Shown one piece after another: positions 21,080-40,870 of a stretch of 64,000 bases of DNA. The stretch's first letter is position 1. Each line of letters starts with the position of its first letter. The stretch comes from the human T2T-CHM13v2.0 reference genome, Homo sapiens. Position numbers and translations under genes: made by a program. The notes under the pieces are model-generated. The model was given only the letters and a program-made list of their open reading frames with translations, made no database searches and was not told the DNA's origin. Location of the stretch: the NCBI RefSeq assembly GCF_009914755.1, contig NC_060926.1. One strand, given 5' to 3'.

Positions 21080-21360
21080 CAGGAGTCCTCGAGTAAATGA
21101 CAAGCCTGAGCTGGGTCCCGAAGGATGGAAGGCAGTGGGCTGAACCAGGAGGGAGGAACAGAATGTTCCAGGCAGCAGCAGGAGCTAAGAAGTGTGGGCG
21201 CTCATTGAGAGGCTTGTAACCAATGCAGGCCAGTGGGCACCTGGCACAGGAAGGGGAGCAAGCAAGGCTGGGTCGGGAGGGCTTAAATACCACGTCAGGG
21301 ACTCAGACTGCCCGTACTGGGGAGCCATCAGGAGCTTTTAAGTCAGGGAGGGTCTGATTG
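21080..21360 (-). mobile_element. L2 fragment
   Basis: GAATGTTCCAGGCAG...GGGGAGCCATCAGGAGCTTTTAAG resembles the antisense L2 3' region. Confidence 0.5.
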
Positions 21361-21361
21361 T

Positions 21362-21694
<333 letters not shown>

Positions 21695-21852
21695 TGATTG
21701 TTCCTTTTCAAACTTTCTGTCCATTAATTATTGACAGAGGTTGTATCCAAATGTACGGGAAGAATCCCCCTTTCTGTTAGCAGCCATTGATCTACAGGAG
21801 CAAAATCAAAAAACAATCAGAGCAACCCAACGTCTGTTATTTCATTTTTTAA

Positions 21853-22876
<1,024 letters not shown>

Positions 22877-23464
22877 TTAAGTGTAGATAATCCAACCCAC
22901 ATGGATGAAATTTCCCTTTAAGTGCTTGACTTTGCTTTTAGAAATTGAGCTTAGATGAGGGGGGAAGGGAGGAAAAGAGCGTTTGGCGGAAGGAATTTTA
23001 GAGTTTGTGGAACCAGAATGTAGCAGGGAAAAAAATCTCAAAGGCCTGGCTGGATTTTGTCATTGCTAATGAGAAACAGGTATTGAAAATATGCTACAGC
23101 TCCTTGCAAATCTCGCCAGGAATTGTTGCCTGCTGACCCCTCTGCTCTTCTATGCCTGCTGACCCCAGATGCTAGCACAAGATAAAGCTGCCCAGTTTAA
23201 ATGTAAATTCTATGCTGTTATTTGCCCTCAGTGGATTTGAAAAAAAAATGTTAGAATTCAGGCTGCAAAGGTCAGTCTAGGAGGCCTATGGAATGTCACA
23301 TGTTCCCCAACCCATGTGCACCTATTTGGCAAGCTTGCCCTTTCTCTGCTGCCCAGGCATGCTGTTTGGGTCTTTCCAAAAGCCTGTCTGCAGCTCCCAG
23401 GGCTGTCGTAACTGCCTACCAGATTTTCAGGCAGAGGTAACAGGTTCCTAGAAAATGTCTTCCA

Positions 23465-23869
<405 letters not shown>

Positions 23870-24350
23870 TCAGCTCACAGGAGGCTGCCCCTGTCAGGGG
23901 ACTGCAGGGGTGGCGCTCCTGAGAGTGTGCCCAGGAAGGACAAGTGTTCACTGGAGAGCCTTCACAGAGCCAAAGCCATCAGAGGGTGTCCTCTGAGGAA
24001 CGAGGTCCAGTCTATACAGCAGTTTGTCCCAGGGAGGGGTTGCTAAGGCCTGGACCCCAAGATCTCATTCACAGGGCACCATGGGCCTCAGGAGGGCCTT
24101 TCCTGCTGTTGCCCTGAGAAATAGGCAACTCTGTGACTCCTCGGGACTGAAAACCAAACAGAACGTACACTCCAACAAGACAGGTCACAGCCACACATGC
24201 GGAGCAGTTTCCCAGTCAAGCATTGCTGGTCCCAAGACCCTGGGGTGTCATTTTCCTTCTGTCTTACCACCCTCTCCCACCCAGGCTCTCCTTTCCTATC
24301 ACTATTTTTGTTTTCTGGTTTGTTCATGTCATCATTAAAATCTCCTGACC

Positions 24351-24594
24351 CAGCCTGAGCAACATGGTGAAAACCCCATCTCTCTTAAAAATACAGAAAA
24401 ATTAACTGGACATGGTGGTGCACGTGTGTAGTCCCAGCTACTCAGGAGCCTGAGGTGGAAGGATCACCTGAGCCCGGGAGGTCTGAGGCTGCAGTGAGCC
24501 ATGATTGTACCACTGCACTCCATCCTCAGCAACAGAGTCAGCCCCTGTTTTTTTTTTTTTTTGTTTTTTTTTTTGTTTTTTTTTTTAAAAAAAA
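24351..24594 (+). mobile_element. 5'-truncated AluJ with a T-rich tract in place of most of the A tail
   Basis: Sense Alu body to 24547, a T-tract at 24548-24586, A8, then the CCTGACC flank duplication. Confidence 0.75.
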
Positions 24595-24609
24595 CAACCC
24601 TGACCTAAG

Positions 24610-25313
<704 letters not shown>

Positions 25314-25399
25314 CTAAGGAACTTTGGAAGGCAGTTCTGTGGCTGGATCTCATCAGGCCAGGACCATAAGAATGGCACAAAGATGCTACAGTGCAGGTG

Positions 25400-26120
25400 T
25401 GGATTTTCACCTCACAGGGGCAGGTGTACACTCGGGTTGAAGACAGTAAATGTACTATGGTCAAGGAGAGCCAGGTTTCTCACAGCTGGAGAAATAAGTT
25501 ACAAATGAGGCTAGGTTGAACTTGTGGTGTGAGATCGGCCTCACAGGTGTGGATATGAATTCATGGAGGTTTAAATAGATATACACGGACCAGGTTCAGT
25601 GGCTCACACATGTAATCTCAGCACTTTGGGAGGCCGAGGGGGGAGGATTGCTTGAAGCCAGGAGTTCAAAACCAGCCTGGGCAACGTAGCAAGACCCTGT
25701 CTCTGTATTAATCCTAAAAAACAGACATACATAGATAGAAATGACAGAAGTGCATACAGATGTGTGAGCATGAGTCACTGTAGATACAGGCCTTGCTAGG
25801 TCTGTTGACTGAGAAAATCTAGCAGTGACACCTTAGTAACATGAGCATGCCCTGCTCCCAGATATTGTTTCTAGAGCCCATTCTCCAAGAAGAGAAACCA
25901 GGGCTCCTCAGAGAGGAGTTGGTTCTAGGGATGGGGCAGGGAAAATACAAGATGGGCCTGAAGGTCTTATGGAGCCAAAATATAAGAAGTGCTCAAAAAT
26001 CAAATGGGGACTATTAAAAGGATACAGGGCTCAGCATGCAGGAGCTCATGATGTTCTTAATTATAACCCCCAAATAAAAGTATTTGTTGATACAAATAAA
26101 TAACTGAATGAGCCACTTGA
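25400..26120 (+). mobile_element. L1MC/MD-like 3' fragment with a FLAM at about 25587-25720
   Basis: GAGAAACCAGGGCTCC...CTAGGGATGGGGCAGGGAAAATACAAGATG is typical of L1MC/MD 3' UTRs. Confidence 0.55.
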
Positions 26121-26137
26121 GTGCATTGAGCCCTATA

Positions 26138-26401
26138 ACACTTTGGGAGGCAGATTGCTTGAGCTCAGGAGTTCAAGACCAGGCTGGACAACATGGTGAA
26201 ACCCCGTCTCTACAAAAAATACGAAAAGTTATCCGGGCGTGGTGGCACACATCTCTGGTCTGAGCAACTCGGGAGGCTGAGACAGGAGGATCACTTGAGA
26301 CCAGAACGTGGAGGTTACTGTGAGCCGAGATCATGTCACTGCACTCCAGCCTGTATAATAGAGTGAGACTCTGTCTCAAAAAAATAGCAAGAAAAAAAAA
26401 A
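26138..26401 (+). mobile_element. AluJ, 5'-truncated
   Basis: GATTGCTTGAGCTCAGG and GGAGGATCACTTGAG diagnostics; A tail. Confidence 0.85.
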
Positions 26402-27279
26402 GTACTGAAACCAATTGATTTAAACATGATTTGAGCTTGATGCTCCAGTTCCACCTAAGAAATGTCCAGCCTCCTGTAGAACTTCCAGTGGCCACTGGCT
26501 CAAGGTTTCACTTGCTTCAACACAAACCCAGGGCCCTCCCTGACCTCCTCCCAGCTCCCCAACAACACTGCCAGTGGTCCCCAAGATACCGATGTCCAAT
26601 CACCATGTGACTGAGCAAAAATGGCGAAACCACCTAAAAACTAAGAATAAAAAGGTATTGAGATATGAAAGCCAGAGGCTGGGAGACAAGGAAATTCTAT
26701 AATTTATGAAATTAACTACAACCCCCCCACCCAAAAAAAAAATAACTGTTGTGTGAAATTTTCCAGGCATTTTTAAACACCCATATCTTCTCTCATGGTT
26801 TAGATTTTGTATTTTGGGTTTTTTTTTTTACCCAAAACTCTGTCTCCTCCCTGTGTTCCATGCTCTTCTCCACTCTCCAGCACCTGATGACTCCAGAAAC
26901 CATTCATCTACTCTACCCTTGTCCTCACTCTGTCCTTGTCCCTCCCTTGCCCTCTGAATCTGAACCATTTCCTCCTTTGTTTTGTGACCTTCATATAACC
27001 CTTCCCACAAACTGACAGCCATTTAAAATAAACCATAACCACAGCAAACCAGCAACCCCAATCCACACGCCCTCTGTGAACCTCACTGACTTGAACATTG
27101 CTGCTGATCTCATGGGGCTGCTCTGCCCAGCAGGGGAGGTCCACCAGGCCGCCCCGGGGGCAAGTGCTGCTCCTATCACAGCCTTCCACATGCTGGCAGC
27201 ACCCAGCAGAATGCTGTGCACAGGACGAGTGTTCAGCAAACAGCTTTTGCCTCAAGATCAAACCACATGCTAGATTTCT

Positions 27280-28140
27280 GAGGGTGTGAGAAGCATGACA
27301 CTTCTTATATTGCTTGTGAGTATGTAAATTGGTACAACCTCTACAAAGGCAATTTGACAATATTGGCCAAAATTTGAAATATACATACATACCCTTAGAT
27401 CCAGGGATTCTATTCTTCAGTAATTATCCTAGATATACTGGTGTAAGCGCGAACCTATGTAATCATGAGCATATTCATTGCGACATTGCTTGTCCCACAT
27501 GTTCATCAATGGTGGCCTGGCTAAATGATCATGTGCACATCTGCACCATGGAATAGTATGCAGCTATTAAAAAAGAAAGAGGGTAGCTGGGCACGGTGGC
27601 TCACGCCTATAATCCCAACACTTTGGGAGAGTATGAGACCAGCCTGGCCAACATAGTGAAACCCTGCCTCTACTAAAAATACAAAAATTAGACTGGGGTG
27701 GTGGCACACACCTGTAGTCCCAGCTACTTGGAAGGCTAAGGCACGAGAATCACTTGAACTCGGGAAGGTGGGGTTGCAGTGAGTGGAAATCGTACCACTG
27801 CACTCCAGCCTGGGCAACAGAGAGAGTCTGCCTCCAAAGGAAAGAAAGAAAGAGGAAGGACTATGTATACTGATACAGACGATGCTGCAAGATATAATGT
27901 GAGTGACAAAGGCAACATGCAGAATAGTGAATATAACATATTACCATTTATGTGAAAAAATATATATATTCACAAATGTTCATAAGCATATAAGATATTT
28001 ATCATAGGATAACCAAGAAACCTAGGAGTGATTGCATTGGGGGTAATTAAATGAAATGAAAGGCAGAGGAGAGAGGAAAACTTACTTTTCCCTTTAGGAC
28101 CTTCAAAAGTTTGTTCATGTGTGTATTTACCAGTAGAAAA
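27280..28140 (+). mobile_element. L1ME-like 3' fragment containing an internally deleted Alu (27585-27855)
   Basis: TGTAAATTGGTACAACCTCT...CCATGGAATAGTATGCAGCTATTAAAAA is an L1 ORF2-end motif. Confidence 0.65.
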
Positions 28141-28143
28141 TAT

Positions 28144-29260
<1,117 letters not shown>

Positions 29261-30354
29261 GGGGTCCTACTTCTCCATCAGGCTCATTACGCACTTCAGT
29301 TTTCTTTCCCTAACATGTTATAAGCACTTTAAGGGCGGAGCCAGTGCCTGTGGGATACTTTCAATATCCCTTGAAGAAATGAATGACATAATTGCCCCTT
29401 CCCAATCCTGATCACCCCAAAGATGGGGCCAGCTGTCCTCACTGAGGCCAGGAGACTCTCAGGAATGTGAGTCCTGCTAACCCTTAAAGGGACACTTACA
29501 GAGCAAGAGTAGCAACAGTGAGAAGAGGGTGGGGTGTCCCGTCACAGCCCTTAGCACATGTCCGCAGAGCAAAGCTAGGTGGCTCCCAGCCCTCGGGGCA
29601 GCAACACAGGCCCGCACCTCCACTGCCACAGCTATGCTCTCAGCTGTTGGTGAAAACTTCCCTGGCACCACTCGGGACCTGGGCCCCTCCGCAAGCACTG
29701 CGTTGTAGTGACCATGGTTTTTCCTGTGCCTGTGGTTCCTGTGTGTGTCCCTGTCACTCTCGGTCTCTGCAGCCACCCACACCCTTTGCAGCCTTTAAGT
29801 CTCTGCGAGTTGGGGAGCAGAGCCCATCTCCTTTCCTGGGTGGGGAGACCTCAGTGCACACAGCACACACCCAAGTCTGTCGGGGATCAGGGCTGGCACA
29901 GACTCACCGGTGGTCAGGCCTTCCCACCTTCCCTCCTTATCCTGGGAAACCTGTACTTCTATCCATTCCAAATCAAAGTGCAACGCTTCTACCTCCCCGC
30001 AACACACATAACATACACCACACACCAGCTCCTCTTGTTGACGAGGAAGTGAGACCACTTTTGTATGAGGAAATGTGGTCATTTTTATCCAGATGCCAGG
30101 TGTACCCCTGGTCCTAGGTAGAAACTGAGCTCCTTCCAGCCTTAGAGGCTTCTGTGAACTGCCCACACACTTGCACAGCTGGCCTTGCCCTGCCCTGGCA
30201 GACAGAGGGACCTTGCCCACCTTCTCCTAAAGCCACCCTTGCCCAGCTCTGACTGGAAGGGGCTCTGAGGCAGCGTCTGTGTTCCCTCACATATCCCGAT
30301 GTTACAGCAGAGGCTCTCAACCCCATGCCAGCTTTAAAAATCCCCAATGCATTT

Positions 30355-31165
30355 CTGAAAAGAAAACAAACTGCTTTTCTTTACTCTCACACAATACTGC
30401 TGATGCCAAATGTGTATTTTTCCCCTCACATTAAGCAATTCTGACACTAAATATCCGGGGTTAGTGCAGACCCCACAAGCTAAGGGCTCAGTCCTACAAG
30501 ACTGCCCTCACTTCAGACACCAGTCACAATCCTAAGAGCTACCCACAATCCTAACCAACTGACTGTCAATCACAACCCTCTCCTTGGGTTCCATAATTTG
30601 CTAGGATGACTTATAGAACTCAAGAAATCACTTTACTTACTATTGGTGGTTCATTACAAGGAATACAACTGAGGAACAGCCGAATGGAAGAGATGGACAC
30701 GGCAAGGGTGAGGGGTGGGCACTGCAAAGCTTCCAGGCCCTCTCTGGGTACAACAACCTCCCAGCACCTCAATGTGGTCATCAACCTGGAAATTCTCAAA
30801 CACCCTTTGTTTGTGGTTTTTTATGGCAGCTTCATTACATAGGGACGATTGATTAGATCATTGACCACAGGTGATTAAGTCAGTCTCCAATCCTCCTCCC
30901 CTCCTTGGAGGACCAGGGGATAGGGCTGAAAGTTCCCAACCTCTCATCACCAGCGGGATGCTGGGGCAACCAGCCCCCATCCTCCAAGAGTCAGCTCATT
31001 AGCATTAGCAGCTCCAGATGTTTGAAAGAGGCTTATTATGAATAATAAAAGATATTCCTCTAAACTTTATCACTCAGGAAATTCCATTCTAAGGGTTTTA
31101 GGAGCTCTGTTCCTGGAAATGGGGACAAAGACCAAATACATATTTCTTATTATATCACAATATCA
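30355..31165 (-). mobile_element. LTR, MER21B/C-like
   Basis: GTTAGTGCAGACCCCACAAGCTAAGGGCTCAGTCCTACAAGACTGCCCTCACTTCAGACACCAG...GACAAAGACCAAATACATATTTCTTATTATATCACAATATC. Confidence 0.7.
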
Positions 31166-31197
31166 ACCTTTCATTCACCAAACATCAATTAAATCAG

Positions 31198-31693
31198 TGT
31201 AAGGAATGGAGAAGTTCTTCAAAGTTTCTTAAAACCATAAAGAGCTTGTCATTTCTTTGCACTATGCATATCTATATATGTTCCAATGCAACTGCTCTGA
31301 CTTGACCTGGCGTGCCTGGGCAGGGTTAAGTGAGCCCCAGACCATAGTACATGCCATTCCTTATTTGGAAACCCTCCTGACCCTCTCATGACTAGCTTCC
31401 TCTTTTCTTTGTCCTCTTTCCCCTTTGCCTATTTAGAAAAGTTTCAAGCTGTTAGCCAATTGGGTCAAGCTTAGAATGTGAGGTCCTGTTCCAGCCAATG
31501 CAAACGGGCACAGCCATAGGATGATTGCATCAGGTTACAAAGATTATAAGTGTCCCCCTCTCCTTTGTTCAGGTGTGCTCTCGTGGCAAGGCTGTTAGCG
31601 AGCAGCACGCTTTCTGCAGAAAGTAAACTAGCCTTGCTGAGAGATCCTTTGTCTCAGTGTTGATTGTGCGACACTGAGCACCTGTTTCCCACA
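31198..31693 (+). mobile_element. Solo LTR, LTR10B-like (HERV-I, ERV1)
   Basis: TG...CA termini; TSD ATCAG/ATTAG; two CCAAT boxes, TATAA, and AGTAAACTAGCCTTGCTGAGAGATCC in R/U5. Confidence 0.7.
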
Positions 31694-31906
31694 ATTAGAA
31701 TTTCGGGATGTGGAACCCAGAAATCAGTGGTTGTTTTATTTATTAATTTATTAATTTATTAATCTATTTATTTGCTCAGCCAAATAGATCCCATTTGTAG
31801 TCAAAGTTGGGAGCCACAGCCTTGGAGTAATGGGCTGTTTTCATTTACGATGCTTTCTGCTTGGAGAAATGGAAAACCTCAGGTGAACAGTTTAAACAAT
31901 AATTTC

Positions 31907-32285
<379 letters not shown>

Positions 32286-32636
32286 TCACTGAGGACCCAG
32301 GCTCCCCCATCTCTGCCGAGGCATCTTCCCATCACCGGTGCCTCCTCAGGCTGTGCCCCCAGCTCCTGGTATCACATCCTTGCACAGCCAGGTCCCCAGG
32401 CAGAAAAGGCATCCCCTGGAGGACAGAGCTAGGCTCTCAGAGCAAGGGGAGAGAACAGTGGCTGCCATACCACCCCAGGCCTCCTCACCACCTTCTGGGA
32501 GTCTCTTTCTGTACTCGTCACCTGGCCTAGCTCTTTTCAGTGATATCATTAGTTTATCTGAAACTCATTTTGATATTTTGATCCTTTTCGCCTCAGATTA
32601 TTCTAAGATCATAGCAAGACTCACTGAGCTCCGTGA

Positions 32637-33286
<650 letters not shown>

Positions 33287-33419
33287 TAAACAGAGGAAGC
33301 TCCTGCTGCTGTCTACAGACCCTTTGATTTCAGTGACCAAGCTGAACTAGCTCCCTCCCAGCACTGCTGTGGGTGTTTGAGTTGTGAGTTGGGGAGCCTG
33401 CCTACCTCTTGGTGTCCCT

Positions 33420-33910
33420 CTCCTACTTCCTGGTTATCCTTTTATCTGGCATTCCTCGGCCTTGGGTGCACACCGGAATCTTTCCATGTCAGTGTGTACT
33501 GACCTAGCTCCTTCTTTGTCATAGCTACATGGAATTCACTTTTACAAAGTAATTGCAGCCTATTTATCCCTCACTGATGCACGTTTACGTTTATGGTTTT
33601 CTGGCTTTTTTACCATCACCCGCAGTGCTGCAGTAAATTTCCTTCCACAGATATTTTGGGTTGTATTGCATGGTGAATTCCCCTACAGGGGAATTGCTGA
33701 GTCAAAGCATATGTGTATGTTTTGTAGATATTTCCAAACTGCCCTCCAAAAAGTGTGTTCCGATTTTCCCTCTCCCCACAGCAGCACATGGGAACGCCTG
33801 TCTTTGCACTCCTCCACCACCATCGCAGACTGGCACTCTGGAAGACACTTGCCAGCCTGAGATGTGAAAAACACCACACAGTTTTTATTTGCATTTTCTT
33901 CGTTATGATC
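33420..33910 (-). mobile_element. L1ME-like fragment
   Basis: GGAATTGCTGAGTCAAAGCATATG...ATATTTCCAAACTGCCCTCCAAAAAG is the antisense L1 ORF2 end. Confidence 0.6.
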
Positions 33911-33980
33911 CTGGTGATAATAATGTTTTAAAACAAGAACAAGCTGCCTTAAATTGCTGCCTTGGGTGGGGGCAGAGTGA

Positions 33981-34558
<578 letters not shown>

Positions 34559-35383
34559 AACGTCTTTTGATGGAGCCTTGGTTAGACCCTCAGCGTGAGG
34601 AAGGCCTGGCTTAGACTGGAATGCCTGTCTCAGGTGAACAGAAAGGTGGGACATGCACCCAGGGACGGGCCTCGTTCTCAGAGACGCGCCACAGTCCTCC
34701 CGCCTCTGTCTGGGACTGACGCCCCCTGTGAGGTCTTGTCAAATTCCAGCTGGCCCACCTCCACCCCAAGGTGGAGTAGGCGGGTCTAGCGGCCCTTGCT
34801 GGAGTGCGCAGGTCCCTGCTACCAACAGTCACTGAACAGCCGGGGAGTAGCCGGGCAGGGCAGCTCCCGGCCGGATTCAGAAGATCCTGTGCGGGTGAGG
34901 AGCCCGCCTGAGTTGCATCTTCCACTGGGGGAGAGGAAGTAGGGGCAGAGTTGAGAACCTGAGGGAAATTCTGGACACGTCCCCTTTCCACTCCCCCTAT
35001 CCCTGATCTTGAGCCCCACAAAGCAGGCCAGCTCACCATCACACCCCCAAAAGCCCTAGGCAGGTGCGGGGGCACAGAGTAGGCACACAGTAGGTCTTTA
35101 TTGGATATATTAATGAACTCAGTGTTGGGGGCGGGGACCATTCACAGGCCCCATCCCCAGTTTAACAGCCCTGCACTAGAGAAACCCCCCTTCTCCCCGA
35201 GGCGACAACCGGGCTGGTGGCCTCCCCAGGGGCGCAGGACCAGACTGCTTGGGAAGAGTCCGGTTCTTCCATTCCACTTATCTACCTGCCCCCGTGTCCA
35301 AAATCTTTTAAAGGAGGCTAAGGACGCTATCTAGCTTAGTGTAGGTGTAAATGTGTTAGTGTGAAGTACTTAAGATCGTTCCA

Positions 35384-35672
35384 GGCCGGGCGCGGTAGCT
35401 CACACCTGTAATCCCAGCACTTTGGAAGGCTGAGGCGGGTGGATCACGAGGTCAGGAGTTCAAGACCAGCCTGGCCAAGATGGTGAAACCCCATCCCTGG
35501 TAAAAATACAAAAAATTAGTCGGGCCTGGTGGTGGGCGCCTGTAGTCCCCGCCACTCAGGAGGCTGAGGCAGAGAATTGCTTGAACCCGGGAGGCAGAGG
35601 TTGCAGTGAGCCAAGATTGCACCACTGCACTCCAGCCTGGGTGACAGAGTGAGACTCCATCTCAAAAAACGC

Positions 35673-35703
<31 letters not shown>
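35384..35703 (+). mobile_element. AluSg-like
   Basis: Full Alu with an (AAAAC)n tail. Confidence 0.9.
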
Positions 35704-35789
35704 CCTGTTCCTGGCTCTATTGATAGTCAGTAAATGTTCCTATCATTATCCTGGCCTCCTGACAGTCTACCTAAGACCCTCTTCCCAAC

Positions 35790-36868
<1,079 letters not shown>

Positions 36869-36929
36869 CCACTCACAGATAGCTGGAGCAAGTTTCCAAA
36901 GCCTTTTCAGCTCTTCCTGGAGAGGCAGC

Positions 36930-37105
36930 CCCATCTAGCAAATACAAATACAGAGTACCCAGCTACGTCTGAATTTCAGATAAACAAGAAATTTAGTATA
37001 AGTACATCTGGTGCCATATTTAGGAGATACTTATACTAAAACATTATTCATCGTGTATCTGAGATTCATATTTAACTGGGCATCCTGTGTTTCTATCCAG
37101 CAACT
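36930..37105. mobile_element. MER53 palindromic MITE (hAT)
   Basis: GAATTTCAGATAAACAA...TTTAGTATAAGTA...TACTTATACTAAA...TATCTGAGATTC forms inverted arms. Confidence 0.8.
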
Positions 37106-37853
37106 TTACTGTCAGGCTCACTGTCAGAGTCCCTCCCCCTTTTCCTTTTTCCCAACAGGAAATTATATTTTGACAATATTTTGGATTACTTTCAAAGCAT
37201 TATCTCACTATTTACAGTAATGCGTTTAATCTTTTTAAAAGAATATCCCCTTGCATGAGAGCACTGTTTCCTCAACTAGTCTGGTTGGAAGAAGATCCTG
37301 GGGTCCTGGACCCCACCTCAGACCAACCAGATCAGAACCTCCAGGTAACAGGCTTGGGAACCCGTGTTTACGGCAAGTGCCTCAGTGATGCCATCACACA
37401 GGCAAGTCTGGGAAATGCTGGAAGAGAGGCCACCTCTCTGCTCCAGAGAACAGAGTAGATCAGTCCCACAAGGAGTTTGGTCTCTGCTGGGTGGGAGGAG
37501 TCTCTTGGCCCATGATAAGTGCTCCATGAAGCTCTGTGGGCTGAATGCCGGGCAAGAGCACACACACAGCTCAGGCTGTGGGGGCATGTTGGGGCCGGTT
37601 GCCCTCCCAGGGGATGCCAGGACCCCACAAATGACCTCTACTGGCCTCACTGCTGTCTCCTGAGACCACCCAGGGCCCTGCCTCCCCCTTATGCTTCTCC
37701 AGTCTTGGTGCTGTGGGACTCCTTGCCACTTTTCTTTGAATCCTTGGGTTTTCTGTTCTTAGTCTTTCAAAATCATTAAAGGTAAAAGTTTCTTTTAAAC
37801 TCCTCTAAAAGTTTCCTTCTCTATTTTTCAATGCTACTTCATTGTTCTCCATC

Positions 37854-39130
<1,277 letters not shown>

Positions 39131-40144
39131 GCACAGTCCTACTTTTCTATTAAGTACATACTTTTGCAAAGTAATCATTTGAAAAAGAAACATCCAGACT
39201 GAAACAGGAAAGGTCTGAAAAAAGGTGAGATTCCGGTGGCTGAGAAAGTGAGCAGGAGGAAAGAGCATACTCCGGGGGTCAGCTCAGGTCCAGGGAACAA
39301 CAGCTGATGGTGATGATAATAAGTGGTTGTTAACTGTTCCCACATGGGAAGTGCTGCTCAACACACATTTTTAACATCTTTGACAGCCTTAAGAGAGAAC
39401 TACTATTACATTCACTTTAAACATGACACACAGGGATGTTACATAACCTTCCCTGGGTTCCCAGCTTAATTATTTTTTTCCTCTCATTAAGCACACACAA
39501 TTCTTTTATTTTATTTTTATTTATTTATTTTTTTCTCCCCAGGTTATACAGCTTTAAACGAAACTGCCTGTGGTCTTTCACGAAGCATACAACACTTTTG
39601 ACTGATTTCGTCTGCTCGCAAGAGGGGCAGGGTGGCCTACACTGGCGATTTGCCTCTTGTCCCAGGGTCCAAACAGTGTCAGCTGCTGATTTCTCCAGCT
39701 GCCTGGCAACCTATTCACAGTGATTCTCAAACTTGAATTGTGAGCTTTGTAAATGGTGTCAAGTACACATTCACATTCCAAGGCTCCAGCCTTTCCTCCC
39801 TTGGATTCTGTTTGAGTAGGTCAGGAATGGAATTAGGATCCATTTGTAACAAGGGCCCCTGGCAATTGCTACATAAGCAAGGATGGTCTGATTGAGGCAG
39901 TGCGGGGTTTGGAAATTTCTACTCCAAGGAGTCTTGAAGCCAAGTAACCAGAGATTGCTGCAGGCAGCTGGAAAAGGCAGCACTGAGGGGAGCCTTGGGG
40001 TCATGCCTCCTCATCCATCCTGGAGCGTGTGGGTGTAAATGCATTTAAGTTTTACTTTTTAAATACATGCATATGCACAGAAATGTGTGTGTGTACATGT
40101 TAAACTTTCATAGACAATGCCATATATGTACACACATACATACA

Positions 40145-40870
40145 TATAGTCTATCCACATTAGTCATGAAATCCACATTTGCAAAGTCACCTACTCTCTT
40201 TTTTTTTTTTTTCGAAACGGAGTTTTGCTCTGTCTCTCAGGCTGAAGTGCAGTGCCACCATCTCGGCTCACTGCAACCTCCGCCTCCCGGGTTCAAGCAA
40301 TTCTCTGCCTCAGCCTTCTGAGTATCTGGGATTACAGGCACCTGCAACCACGCCCAGCTAATTTTTTGTATTTTTAGTCGAGACTGGGTTTCACCATTTT
40401 GGCCAGGCTGGTCTTGAACTCCTGACCTTGTGATCCACCCACCTCAGCCTCCCAAAGTGCTGGGATTACAGTCGTGAGCCATCGTGCTCAGCCACAAAGT
40501 CACCTACTCTCTGAAACGCATTTGAAACCTCAAAACTGAGTACTCGTGGTGCTTCTGTGGTCATTTGCAGACATGTGCAAAGCTGTGAAAAATGTGAGTT
40601 GCTTGACACGCAGTTCCCTACTGAGGTCAAACAAAGCAAGGCTCTGCGTCTTGTTCTCTACACACAGGGTCTTTTCTTGGTCCATTTAGTGCCATATCTT
40701 TTGCATTTTGTGCTTTTGGGTGGTGATTTTGCTGTTTAATGTGGTCCCCAGGCATAGTGCTGAAGCGTTGTCTAATTGTTCGTAAGTGCAGGAAGGCTGT
40801 GATGTGCCTTCCGGAGGAAACACACTTGTTAGAGAATCTTCATTCAAGCATGAGCTACAGTGTTGTCCAG
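40145..40870 (+). mobile_element. Tigger4-like DNA transposon with an antisense AluS (40199-40493)
   Basis: GGTCATTTGCAGACATGTGCAAAGCTGTGAAAAATGTGAGTTGC...CTGAGGTCAAACAAAGC; Alu TSD CAAAGTCACCTACTCT. Confidence 0.7.

Noticed and set aside
35215-35237. Possible CTCF site TGGCCTCCCCAGGGGCGCA
   Set aside because: Spacing does not fit the CCASYAGRKGGCR core without several mismatches.
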